A stretch of DNA of 64,000 bases, from the NCBI GenBank assembly GCA_965279375.1, contig OZ257156.1:3936001-4000000 (forward strand). Reading direction: 5' to 3'. The position numbers and the translations under genes were made by a program. This stretch comes from Gemmatimonas sp. GTDB lineage: Bacteria > Gemmatimonadota > Gemmatimonadetes > Gemmatimonadales > Gemmatimonadaceae. This document shows, piece after piece, positions 48,786 to 57,903 of the stretch (position 1 is the stretch's first letter; every line of letters begins with the position of its first letter). The notes under the pieces were generated by a model. It worked only from the letters and a program-made list of their open reading frames with translations, was not told the origin of the DNA and searched no databases.

Positions 48786-50437
48786 CAGGGCCGATCCACT
48801 ACGACGACTGCCAAATCATCGCGCAGGGTGGTGCTGCCGACGTGCGAATCCACGCGCGCGAATACGGCATTGAGGATCTGCTCCGGTGATTCACGGTGCG
48901 TCATCGATGCGAGCGTGGCCAATACCGTGGCTTCGCCGAGGCGGCGATCTGCCGAGTCACGCGCATCCGTGATGCCGTCGGTGAAGAGCACCAGACGATC
49001 GCCGTCTCGCCAGCTCATCACGCATTCGTCGATCGGTGCGTCGCTGAAGCCGATCGGCGGCGCGACCGCGTGCAAGCGCACGCACTCGCCGTCCGCCCCC
49101 AGGCGAAACGCGTGGGGATGACCGGCATTGGCGAATCGCAGTTCGTTGGCCTTGGTGTCGATCACGGCGTAGCAGAGGGACAACGACATCTCCGTGGAGC
49201 TCAATTCGTCCGCCAGCGAGCGCTGCACCGCTTCGAGCGCAATCGACGGGTCGAACGCCGCCTGCACATGAATCGCCGCCGCGCTCAATGCGAGCGCCAT
49301 CACCAGCGCGCTCCGGTATCCGTGTCCCGACACGTCGCCGATCAACACGCCCGTCCGATCGCGATCGAGTCGCGCCAACAGGAAGAAATCGCCACCGACA
49401 CTTTCCGCAGGTACGACCCGGGCAGCCGCGCGCGCCTCGGGTTCGACCACGGTCGGCTTGGCGAGCAACTTGAGCTGCAGATCATGGGCCAACCGCATTT
49501 CGCGCACGAGCTGCTGTCGCTCCACGGCCGCTCGCACGAGCGCCGCGTTATGCATCGCCGTACCGACCTGCGTGCCCACGGCGCGCGCCAGCTTGCGATC
49601 GCCCGCCGAGAAGGGCGCACCGCCCGGTCGGCCACCGAGGATGAGCACGCCGAGCGGCGTCGCGCCGCCCTGATCGAATCCTGACGGCAACGGGCGACGC
49701 GGCTGCACTGCCGGGTATGCGCCGGTCACTCCAATCCCCGAACTTGGTCGCGTAATGGCGACGGCGAGCAGCGGTCGACCGTCGGCGGCCAACACCGGAT
49801 CTGACAGCTTGACCGACGGCCCGTCTTCGGTGCAGGCGCCGGCCGTGCGAAAAGCGCGCATCGCGATGTGCGCGCTGTCGTCGAGTGACACGGGACCGTA
49901 GTCGCTGGCCTGCACACCGAGCGACGCGATAGGGCGCAGCGTGCCGTCGGTGCGATTGGTCAGCAGGAAGACGGCGCGTGACGCACCAACCGTGACGGCG
50001 AGTTCGCGCAGCAACGTGTCCGCGACCCCTTCGACCGACGTGGTGCCGCCCAGCAGTTCGCCGATGGCGTACAGGAGATTGATCTCCTCGTAGCGCTCGA
50101 CGAGCTCCGACGCGGCGCCATCGCGCTCTCGGCTGAGACGACGCACGAACGGCACGAGCCGTCCGAGCAGGCGATCGCCTTCGGGGGTGATGCCGGGCTC
50201 GACGAACAACCAGCCGACGCTCTCGCCCGTCGCCACGAGCTGCGCGTGCAGACGCTGCGTGCGCGCCCAGCTGTTCACGTCCCACGCCATCGCCCCCGCC
50301 TCCGTCAGTGCGGCGAAGGTCGCGGACGACGTGCCGATCAGCGTAGGGGTGACACTGCCATCGCGTCGTTCCCAGATCGCTGCTTCGCGCCCGGTGGCCT
50401 CGTGAAACGCGGCCATCAGCGCGGCGACTTCACTCAT
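48785..50437 (-). CDS. GAF + SpoIIE/PP2C (RsbU-like) phosphatase
   Basis: GAF region, then LAHDLQ, VGGDFF, GDVSGHG, ANAGH, FTDGITDA, DDLAVV. Confidence 0.92.
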   Translation of the reverse strand: MSEVAALMAAFHEATGREAAIWERRDGSVTPTLIGTSSATFAALTEAGAMAWDVNSWARTQRLHAQLVATGESVGWLFVEPGITPEGDRLLGRLVPFVRRLSRERDGAASELVERYEEINLLYAIGELLGGTTSVEGVADTLLRELAVTVGASRAVFLLTNRTDGTLRPIASLGVQASDYGPVSLDDSAHIAMRAFRTAGACTEDGPSVKLSDPVLAADGRPLLAVAITRPSSGIGVTGAYPAVQPRRPLPSGFDQGGATPLGVLILGGRPGGAPFSAGDRKLARAVGTQVGTAMHNAALVRAAVERQQLVREMRLAHDLQLKLLAKPTVVEPEARAAARVVPAESVGGDFFLLARLDRDRTGVLIGDVSGHGYRSALVMALALSAAAIHVQAAFDPSIALEAVQRSLADELSSTEMSLSLCYAVIDTKANELRFANAGHPHAFRLGADGECVRLHAVAPPIGFSDAPIDECVMSWRDGDRLVLFTDGITDARDSADRRLGEATVLATLASMTHRESPEQILNAVFARVDSHVGSTTLRDDLAVVVVDRP

Positions 50438-50859
50438 GCGCGGTTGAGACGGAGTCGAACTGTGTGTCGGTACGTTCCGTCCGTACGACAGCTCTCCACG
50501 TGATCCATCAGCTTGCGCATCAGGAAGACGCCGCGGCCGTCTTCACGCTCCAGCCAATCGGCGTCTTCCGGAGAATACTGCACCTGATCGAGGTCGAAGC
50601 CCGCGCCCTGGTCCATGACCTCGAGCAGCAGCATGTCGCTCTCCAGCACGGCGCGCACCTGCACGGCTCGGCTCGGGTCGTTGCTGTTTCCGCGCATGAT
50701 GGCGTTGGCCATCGCTTCAGTCAGGGCAAGCGGCACGTTCAGGCGGCAAAGTCGACTCGAGAAACCGGCGGACGCACACAGCTCCGACACAGCCTCGACA
50801 ATCGGCGCGATCTCGTTGATGTCCGACGCGATTGTCCAGCTGTGCCGTGGCGTAGTCAT
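50434..50859 (-). CDS. RsbW-like anti-sigma factor / Ser kinase
   Basis: LALTEAMANAI, DQGAGFD, GRGVFLMRKLMD; start uncertain (50859-50901). Confidence 0.88.
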   Translation of the reverse strand: MTTPRHSWTIASDINEIAPIVEAVSELCASAGFSSRLCRLNVPLALTEAMANAIMRGNSNDPSRAVQVRAVLESDMLLLEVMDQGAGFDLDQVQYSPEDADWLEREDGRGVFLMRKLMDHVESCRTDGTYRHTVRLRLNRA

Positions 50860-50904
50860 CTCATCGCGCCGTGCTGGCCGCGATCGCGTGCGCATCGCCA
50901 CTGT

Positions 50905-51237
50905 TCACCGTCCGGCGAGCGCATCGTCGCGCGTCGCGTACAGAGGGAAGAGTGCATCGAGCCGAGTGAGTTCAAACAACGTGCGCAGGTCGTCGTTCAG
51001 TGCTGCCAGCCGCAATTCACCGCCCGCTTCACGGATGCGCTTGCCGAGTGAGACCAACGCGCCGAGTCCGGAGCTGTCGATGTACGCGGAACCGGAGAAA
51101 TCCACGACGACCAAGCGCGCGCCCTGCTCCACCTCCTCGAGCACGGCCTGCTTGAATTCCTGCCGATTGCTGACGATCAGCTGACCGTCCATCAGCACCA
51201 GCAACAGTTCATCGGTTCGCTGCAGCACAAAGCTCAT
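50905..51237 (-). CDS. STAS-domain anti-sigma antagonist (RsbV-like)
   Basis: VVDFSGSAYIDSSGLGALV...FELTRLD. Confidence 0.92.
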   Translation of the reverse strand: MSFVLQRTDELLLVLMDGQLIVSNRQEFKQAVLEEVEQGARLVVVDFSGSAYIDSSGLGALVSLGKRIREAGGELRLAALNDDLRTLFELTRLDALFPLYATRDDALAGR

Positions 51238-51244
51238 GGGCGAT

Positions 51245-52270
51245 TCAAGCAAGGGTTCCTGCGGAGGTCGCGAGGCCTGACGAGCCGACCTGGAGCGCGG
51301 TGATCGCCGCAGCATGTACAATGTCATCCGACGTAGCCCCACGGGACAAGTCGGAGCAGGGCCGCGCCAGTCCCTGCAAGACGGGACCGATCGCCGTCGC
51401 CCCAGAGAGGCGCTGCACCAGCTTGTAGGCGATGTTTCCCGCATCGAGCGAGGGGAACACGAGCACATTGGCGTGTCCCGCTGCGGGCTCGCCCGGTACT
51501 TTGCGTCGCGCGATCTCCGGAATCAGTGCCGCGTCGGCCTGCACTTCGCCGCAGACCTCGAGCGACGGCGCCTCCGCGCGCACGATCGCGACCGCATCGC
51601 GCACGCGACTGATCGAGGGCCCGTCGGCGCTGCCGGCCGTGCTGTACGACAGGAACGCGACGCGCGGCTCGTCGCCGACAATGCGCTTGCGGTCGATCGC
51701 CGCCGCGAGCGCGATATCCGCGAGTTGGCGAGAGGTGGGATCCGGGATGACGGCGCAGTCTGTGAAGGTCAGCACCGATTCCGCGCCATCACCCTTGGCA
51801 GGAAAGACGAGGTAGAACGACGACGACACGGAGCGTACGCCTGGCGCCGCCCCGACGGTCCAGAGGGCCGCGCGAATGACATCCGCCGTTCGATGGACCG
51901 CCCCTGCCACGCAACCATCCGCCTCTCCCATCGCCACGAGCGCGTCGGCGAAGTAGAGCGGATCCCGTGCCAGCCGTTCCGCGTCCTCGCGGCCGAGGCC
52001 TCGACCGCCGCGTTGCTGCAGGAGGTGTGCGACCACGCGCGGTGTGCGCGGATCGAGCAGTGGATCGAGCAGTTCCACGGTGTGCGGCGGTACCACGCCA
52101 GTGGCGGCATCCGAGCGGCGAACGAGCACCGGTCGCACGGAGCCACGCGCCGTGAGCGCGATGACGGCTTCGACGACGCGAAAGTCCGTTGCTTCCGGGA
52201 ACAGAATGGTGCGCGGGATGAGTGCGGCGCGCGCATGCAGCGAGTCGAGAAAGGCGACGGATTGCGACAC
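51245..52270 (-). CDS. pta: Phosphate acetyltransferase (short form)
   Basis: [63 protein letters not shown]. Confidence 0.93.
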   Translation of the reverse strand: MSQSVAFLDSLHARAALIPRTILFPEATDFRVVEAVIALTARGSVRPVLVRRSDAATGVVPPHTVELLDPLLDPRTPRVVAHLLQQRGGRGLGREDAERLARDPLYFADALVAMGEADGCVAGAVHRTADVIRAALWTVGAAPGVRSVSSSFYLVFPAKGDGAESVLTFTDCAVIPDPTSRQLADIALAAAIDRKRIVGDEPRVAFLSYSTAGSADGPSISRVRDAVAIVRAEAPSLEVCGEVQADAALIPEIARRKVPGEPAAGHANVLVFPSLDAGNIAYKLVQRLSGATAIGPVLQGLARPCSDLSRGATSDDIVHAAAITALQVGSSGLATSAGTLA

Positions 52271-52283
52271 GGGCGCCGGCTCC

Positions 52284-52796
52284 CTAGCGCGCGAAACGCT
52301 GCGTCAGTGCGCGCGCGACGATCGGGTGCACGAGCCCCTCGACGGCGCCGCCAAAGCGCGCCACCTCGCGCACCATGCTCGAGCTGATGTAGGTCGTGTC
52401 CAGCGACGGGGCCATGAACACGGTTTCCAGCTCGGGTAGCAGGTGGCGATTCATGAGCGCCATCTGGAATTCGTACTCGAAATCGCTCACGGCACGCAGC
52501 CCGCGCACGTTCACGCACGCGCCGACCTCACGAGCGAAATCCACCAGCAGTCCGTTGAACGCACGCACTTCCACGCGTGGCTCGTCGGCGAAGATCTCGC
52601 GGATGAACGCCACGCGCTGCTCGACGCTGAAGAGCGGCTGCTTGTTCACGTTGTTCGCCACTGCCACCACCAACCGATCGGCGAAGGCGAACGTGCGTGT
52701 GATGAGATCTTCGTGTCCGTGGGTGACCGGGTCGAAGGACCCCGCATACAGCGCCACGCGATGGGATGAAGGAGCGGGGGCGGGCGACGGCGTCAC
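52284..52796 (-). CDS. coaD: Phosphopantetheine adenylyltransferase
   Basis: [34 protein letters not shown]. Confidence 0.97.
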   Translation of the reverse strand: MTPSPAPAPSSHRVALYAGSFDPVTHGHEDLITRTFAFADRLVVAVANNVNKQPLFSVEQRVAFIREIFADEPRVEVRAFNGLLVDFAREVGACVNVRGLRAVSDFEYEFQMALMNRHLLPELETVFMAPSLDTTYISSSMVREVARFGGAVEGLVHPIVARALTQRFAR

Positions 52797-53317
52797 AGGT
52801 CGTCGGAGCGGTAGAAGGTGAGAGCCGTGGAGCCGTAGCGCCTGGTCTGGCCAGGTATGGGCATCTCCGCGGATGCCGAATGTTCAACGCCGAGCACGTG
52901 AGCGAAAGGGACCTCGAGCCAGCGCTCGACGATCTGCAGGGCCGTGGCGTCGGCGTACGGCGGATCCGCGAAGGCCACGTCGTAGGCGCCGGCGGGCAAC
53001 GTGGACACGAACTTGACCGCGTCCTCGCGATGAATCGTCGCGCCGGCGTGTCCACCAAGGTGATCGAGGTTGGCCTGGATCATCTGCAGCACTTTGGGCG
53101 CGCGCTCGACGAAATCGCACGTCGCCGCGCCGCGCGACAGCGCCTCGAGGCCCAGCGCGCCACTCCCGGCGCACAGATCGAGGACCTTCGCATCGGGGAG
53201 CAGCGTGTGCACGATGCTCATCCACGACTCGCGCACCCGATCGCCCGTTGGGCGCACGCCGTCGCCCTCGGGCGCCTCGATGCGCCGCCCTTTCCATCGT
53301 CCCGCTACAATGCGCAC
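52793..53317 (-). CDS. rsmD: 16S rRNA m2G966 methyltransferase
   Basis: MRIVAGRWKGR, RPTGDRVRE, LDLCAGSGALGLEALSRGA, DPPY. Confidence 0.95.
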   Translation of the reverse strand: MRIVAGRWKGRRIEAPEGDGVRPTGDRVRESWMSIVHTLLPDAKVLDLCAGSGALGLEALSRGAATCDFVERAPKVLQMIQANLDHLGGHAGATIHREDAVKFVSTLPAGAYDVAFADPPYADATALQIVERWLEVPFAHVLGVEHSASAEMPIPGQTRRYGSTALTFYRSDDL

Positions 53318-53323
53318 AGCGCC

Positions 53324-55114
53324 TTACCCTCGGACATCAGCGAGTTTGAGTTGCAGGCGCGACTGCCCGCGATACTCATCGCGTTCCAGTCGAAACACCA
53401 GATCCACCGGACGGCTCACATCCAGCTGCGCCGCGCGCGACGCCATCCCCCAACCGAGCGCGTCGATCGTGGAGGTACCGGCCTCGAGCGTGAGCCGGAG
53501 ACCGTCGCTGCCCAGCTTTCGCGGCGAACCGGCGAGATGCGCGCCGCGCGCATGGAACACCGGCGCCGGATTGCCGATGCCGAACGGTTCGAAGTGTCGC
53601 ACCAGCCGTTCGAGTTCGTCACCCACGACGTCGAGCGACACTTCCAGATCGACCTTGAGCTCGGGGATCAGGTCGTCGGCCGAGAGTCGCGCTCGGGCGA
53701 CCGCATCGAACTGCTCCCGAAACGCGGGGAGTTGCGCGGCATCCATTGTGAGCCCGGCGGCCGCACGGTGCCCGCCGTAGCGCTGAAAGAGCGGAGCGCA
53801 GCTACCGAGTGCCGCGTGCAGGTCGAAAGCGCTGATGGAGCGTCCGGAGCCCTTCCCCACCCCGTCTTCTACGGCCACCAGCACTGCCGGGCGCGCCGTC
53901 GCTTCCACCACGCGCGAGGCGACAATGCCGATCACCCCCGCGTGCCACCCCTCGCGCGAGAGTACGAACCCAACGCGGTCGCGCATCTCGGGCAGCTCCA
54001 GCTGACGCATCGCGTCGTCGAGCACGCCCTTGTCCATCTCCTGACGCGCGCGGTTGAGCTCCTCGAGTTCACGGGCGATGACGTTGGCTTCGTCGTCACG
54101 CTCGCAGAGCAGCAGCTGGAGACCCAGCTTGGCGTCGGCAATGCGACCGGCCGCGTTCAGTCGTGGCGCGAGTACGAACCCCACCCGTCCCGCCGTCAGC
54201 GGCTTGCCATCGAGCCCCGACGAGCGAATGAGCGCCCGCAGTCCTGGATGCTCCGCCTCGGACAGCAGCTTGAGCCCGTAGCGCACCAGCACGCGATTCT
54301 CACCGCGCAACGGCGCGACGTCGGCGATCGTGGCCAGCGCCACCAGATCGAGCTGGCGATGCGCCAAGCCGCGCGACACACCGAACGCATCGCACAGCGC
54401 CAACGCCAGCTTGTAGGCGACGCCGACCGCCGCCAGGTCCTTGTCCACCGACAGGCATTCGGGACGTCGCGGATTGCACACCGCATACGCGACCGGCAGC
54501 GGTCCGCCGGGCAGATGATGATCGGTGATGATCACGTCGATGCCGTCGGCCATCAGCTCCGCCACGGGCGCACGGGCACTGGTGCCGCAGTCGCAGGTGA
54601 TCACCAGCGTCGCACCGATCCTCCGCGCTTCAGCCACCCCGGCCGGCCCAAGGTCGTAACCGTCGGTCAGACGATTGGGCACGAACGGATGCACGTGCTG
54701 CGCCCCGAGCCCGCGCAGCACCCGCGTCATCAATGCCGTCGAGCTCATTCCGTCCACGTCGTAGTCGCCGTGCACGAGAATCGTTTCCTGCGCTCGTACG
54801 GCATCGGCAATCCGGGCCACCGCGCGCGTGAGATCGAACATCGACTCCGGCTCCGCGACGTGCTCCAGCCGCGGGCGTAGAAATCGCTTGGCCGCCTCCG
54901 GATCCGCATACCCACGGCTCACCAGCAAGCGGCACACGGGATCGGGGAGCAAGAGCGCGTCCGCAAGCCGACGCACGTGCTCCGCCGCTGGCTCGTCGAT
55001 CGCGACCCAACGTGCATCGGGGCGCAACTTGGGCGCTGCAGTCGCCGAACGACTGGCAGGCGCGCCAGCGAGCGGCGGAAACGGCGTAGCGGAGGGGGAT
55101 CGGAGGGAACTCAC
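53324..55114 (-). CDS. recJ: Single-stranded-DNA exonuclease RecJ
   Basis: HGDYDVDG, TCDCG, ITDHH, ATIADV, PRLNAAGR, GSGRS, GGH; GTG 55114 preferred as start. Confidence 0.96.
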   Translation of the reverse strand: MSSLRSPSATPFPPLAGAPASRSATAAPKLRPDARWVAIDEPAAEHVRRLADALLLPDPVCRLLVSRGYADPEAAKRFLRPRLEHVAEPESMFDLTRAVARIADAVRAQETILVHGDYDVDGMSSTALMTRVLRGLGAQHVHPFVPNRLTDGYDLGPAGVAEARRIGATLVITCDCGTSARAPVAELMADGIDVIITDHHLPGGPLPVAYAVCNPRRPECLSVDKDLAAVGVAYKLALALCDAFGVSRGLAHRQLDLVALATIADVAPLRGENRVLVRYGLKLLSEAEHPGLRALIRSSGLDGKPLTAGRVGFVLAPRLNAAGRIADAKLGLQLLLCERDDEANVIARELEELNRARQEMDKGVLDDAMRQLELPEMRDRVGFVLSREGWHAGVIGIVASRVVEATARPAVLVAVEDGVGKGSGRSISAFDLHAALGSCAPLFQRYGGHRAAAGLTMDAAQLPAFREQFDAVARARLSADDLIPELKVDLEVSLDVVGDELERLVRHFEPFGIGNPAPVFHARGAHLAGSPRKLGSDGLRLTLEAGTSTIDALGWGMASRAAQLDVSRPVDLVFRLERDEYRGQSRLQLKLADVRG

Positions 55115-55214
55115 GCGCGACAATCTATCGGCGTGTCGGCCGGCCGAGACACCCACAACGTTGCATCACGCATCGGGGGACCGCCGCGCGACGCGTCGCC
55201 GTTACAGCGACGTC

Positions 55215-55937
55215 TCAGTCGCCCTTCGGCGCAACGCGCAAATACAGCAGCGACCCGCACCCCTCACACGTCTCGATCACGTTGCCGCTCGCCATGCTCG
55301 GCCTGCGCTGCATCGGAATCGAGGTGTCACAATTGCCGCAGGAGAAGTCGCCGCCCAAGGCAAACACCACCGGTGCACGCCGCCGCGTAGCGAGTCGGTC
55401 GTACTTGGACAGCAGCGGCGCACCAACCCCACCCGACGATGCATTGCGCAACGCACGAGCCGCGGTGATCTCCGCTTCGATACCGCCCTTCTCGTCGGCG
55501 AGCGCCTTGCGCTGCACCACCTGCGCCTCCTCGATCGCGCGGACCGCGTCACGACTCGCCGTCGCGGCGGTCTTCAGATCAGCGATCCGACGCGAGATGC
55601 CGAGCAACTCGCTCTCCTCGTCGGCCAGGACCCGTCGGGCCGCTTCCACCTGCGCCATGGCGGCAGTGGCTTCCTTCAGCTTGTGCGCCTGATCGAGCAC
55701 CTTGACGTTCTTGTCGTGCCGATCACGATGCTCTGCGATGCGCGCTTCGAGCGCTCGGTGGCGTTCCAGTTCGCGCTCGAGAGCGGCGTCTGCACGGGCC
55801 GCCTCGTCGTAGGCCCGCTGTCTCGACTTGTCGAGCGCAGCCATGCGAGGCGACAGGGAATCCCGCCGATCTTCCACCGCGCGAATGGCTTCGTCGTGCT
55901 GCTGCACCACCAATAGCGCTTCAAGCTCCGGATTCAC
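55215..55937 (-). CDS. Coiled-coil protein with C4-type zinc ribbon
   Basis: Long coiled coil, then CGNC...CEGCGSLLY. Confidence 0.9.
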   Translation of the reverse strand: MNPELEALLVVQQHDEAIRAVEDRRDSLSPRMAALDKSRQRAYDEAARADAALERELERHRALEARIAEHRDRHDKNVKVLDQAHKLKEATAAMAQVEAARRVLADEESELLGISRRIADLKTAATASRDAVRAIEEAQVVQRKALADEKGGIEAEITAARALRNASSGGVGAPLLSKYDRLATRRRAPVVFALGGDFSCGNCDTSIPMQRRPSMASGNVIETCEGCGSLLYLRVAPKGD

Positions 55938-55965
55938 TGCGCCTCCAGGTCGTTGGCCAACATTC

Positions 55966-57903
55966 TCACCCCTTCGGTTTAGCCCGTGGGCTCCGCATAG
56001 GCAAGAGGCGACGCAATTCCGACTCCAAGTCGAGTCGTTCTCGCATCAGCGCGTCCTTCTCTTCCCGCGTCTCCGCTCGAGCGATCTCTGCGCGAATCTC
56101 ATCCACGCGCGTTTCGAGACGCCGCGCGTCCAGCCGATCGAGGCTGAGTCCGATGTCCGCCTGCATCGCTTCGCTGCCGTTGGCGCTTTCCGTGAGTTCG
56201 CGCATCGTTCGTAACGCGACCGGATCCAGCTGCTCCGCGATCTGCTCGAGGTCGTCGTCCAGATCCGCATCGAGCAGCACCTGAAAGATCGCCCGATACG
56301 AGAGCTCGCGAAAATCACCCGGGCCGTGCCGCTCCGCGACGCGCTCGGCCAGCCCGCGATCGAGCAGCATGGCGCGCAGCAACGCGCGCTCGATGGGCTC
56401 GTCGCGACGAGGTCGCGGCGGAATGTTCGTCGCCTGCCACTCGGGTCCGGCGTTCTTGCCTCGCTTCCCCTTCCACGTGCCACGTCCCTGTGCGTTGGCA
56501 TAGGGCGACGACGGAGCGGGCATGTCCACCGGTGGTGCTTCGCCCATTTCCGATGAATCGTGCGACGGTCCCGGATCCTGCGAATTCGTCGACGCCGCCA
56601 TGCGTGCCTCGCGCGTGCCCGCGGGCGGCTCGTCCGCCTCACTCACTAAAGTCGCCTTGTCGAGATGCGATACGTCTGCCAGCCGCGTCAGATACATGTC
56701 GCGCATGAGCGGATCGCGCGCGGCACGAATGGTAGGCAGCAGCTTGTCGATGGCTAACCGACGCTTGCGCAGCTCGCTGAACCAGCCAAGGCGTTCGAGC
56801 ACCTGAATCTGCCGGTCGAAGAGATCAATCGCCTGCGTCAGCTGCGTCTCGAGCGCCCCGCGCCCGTGCGCGCGCACGAAGGTGTCCGGATCTTCACCTT
56901 CGGGCAGCGACACGACGCGCACTGCGGCCTTGTGCTTGAGCAACTCCAGTCCCGAGCGGAACGTCGCCTTCTGACCGGCCTCGTCGCTGTCGTAGAGGAG
57001 AAATATCTCCGGCGCATAGCGCACCAGCAACTGCGCCTGCTCTTCCGTCAGCGCGGTGCCCAGCGGCGCGACGACCTCCTCAATTCCCGACAGCGCCACG
57101 CGAATCGCGTCGAGATAGCCCTCCACCACGATCGCCCGCCCGCTCCGGCGCATTGCGTTCTTCGCGTTGTGCAAGCCGTAGAGCGTACGGCGCTTCTGGA
57201 AGACGACCGATTCGCCGCTATTGAGATACTTGGGCGTGTCGTCTCCCATCGCTCGGCCGCCAAAGGCCACATGATGTCCGAGCTCATCGACGATGGGAAA
57301 CATCACGCGTCCGCGAAAGCGCCCGCGCGGCTCGGTCTCCCCCTCGCGCACCACCAGTAGCCCCGCTTCGATCAGGCGCGCGTCGTCAAAGCCAAGTGTG
57401 TGCAGATATCGACGCAGCGCCTGCGCATCGCGCGGCGCGAAACCGATGCCGAATCGCGTGCGCGCTGCCTCGTCGATTCCGCGCCCCGTGAGGTAGTCGC
57501 GCGCCGCGCGCCCGACGGATTCATCCGCCAGCTGCGTGCGAAACCACTCCGCCGCCGTCGCCAACACTTCCCAGTTGCGCTCGTTCGGGTCGGCCACCTG
57601 CGCGCGCCGCGGCGCGTCGATCACTTCGATGCCCGTGCGTTCCCCGACCATCTTCACGGCGGACGTGAAGTCCATGCCGAGCCGCTTCATCACGAAGGTG
57701 AAGACGTCACCGCTCTCCGAGCAGACGAAGCAGTGGTAGCTGCTGCGCTTCTGCGACACGGAAAAGTTGGGCTTCGTGCCACCGTGAAACGGGCAGGCCC
57801 CGCGAAAGTCTCCGCCCATGCGCCGCAGCGGGACGAACTCCGAAATGATCTGTACGATGTCGGCTGCGCTGCGGACACGCTCCACCGTTTCGTCGGAGAT
57901 CAT
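55966..57903 (-). CDS. dnaG: DNA primase
   Basis: CPFH...CFVC zinc finger, RFRGRVMFPI, KYLNS, VEGYLD, LGTALT, YDSDEAG, DPD. Confidence 0.97.
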   Translation of the reverse strand: MISDETVERVRSAADIVQIISEFVPLRRMGGDFRGACPFHGGTKPNFSVSQKRSSYHCFVCSESGDVFTFVMKRLGMDFTSAVKMVGERTGIEVIDAPRRAQVADPNERNWEVLATAAEWFRTQLADESVGRAARDYLTGRGIDEAARTRFGIGFAPRDAQALRRYLHTLGFDDARLIEAGLLVVREGETEPRGRFRGRVMFPIVDELGHHVAFGGRAMGDDTPKYLNSGESVVFQKRRTLYGLHNAKNAMRRSGRAIVVEGYLDAIRVALSGIEEVVAPLGTALTEEQAQLLVRYAPEIFLLYDSDEAGQKATFRSGLELLKHKAAVRVVSLPEGEDPDTFVRAHGRGALETQLTQAIDLFDRQIQVLERLGWFSELRKRRLAIDKLLPTIRAARDPLMRDMYLTRLADVSHLDKATLVSEADEPPAGTREARMAASTNSQDPGPSHDSSEMGEAPPVDMPAPSSPYANAQGRGTWKGKRGKNAGPEWQATNIPPRPRRDEPIERALLRAMLLDRGLAERVAERHGPGDFRELSYRAIFQVLLDADLDDDLEQIAEQLDPVALRTMRELTESANGSEAMQADIGLSLDRLDARRLETRVDEIRAEIARAETREEKDALMRERLDLESELRRLLPMRSPRAKPKG

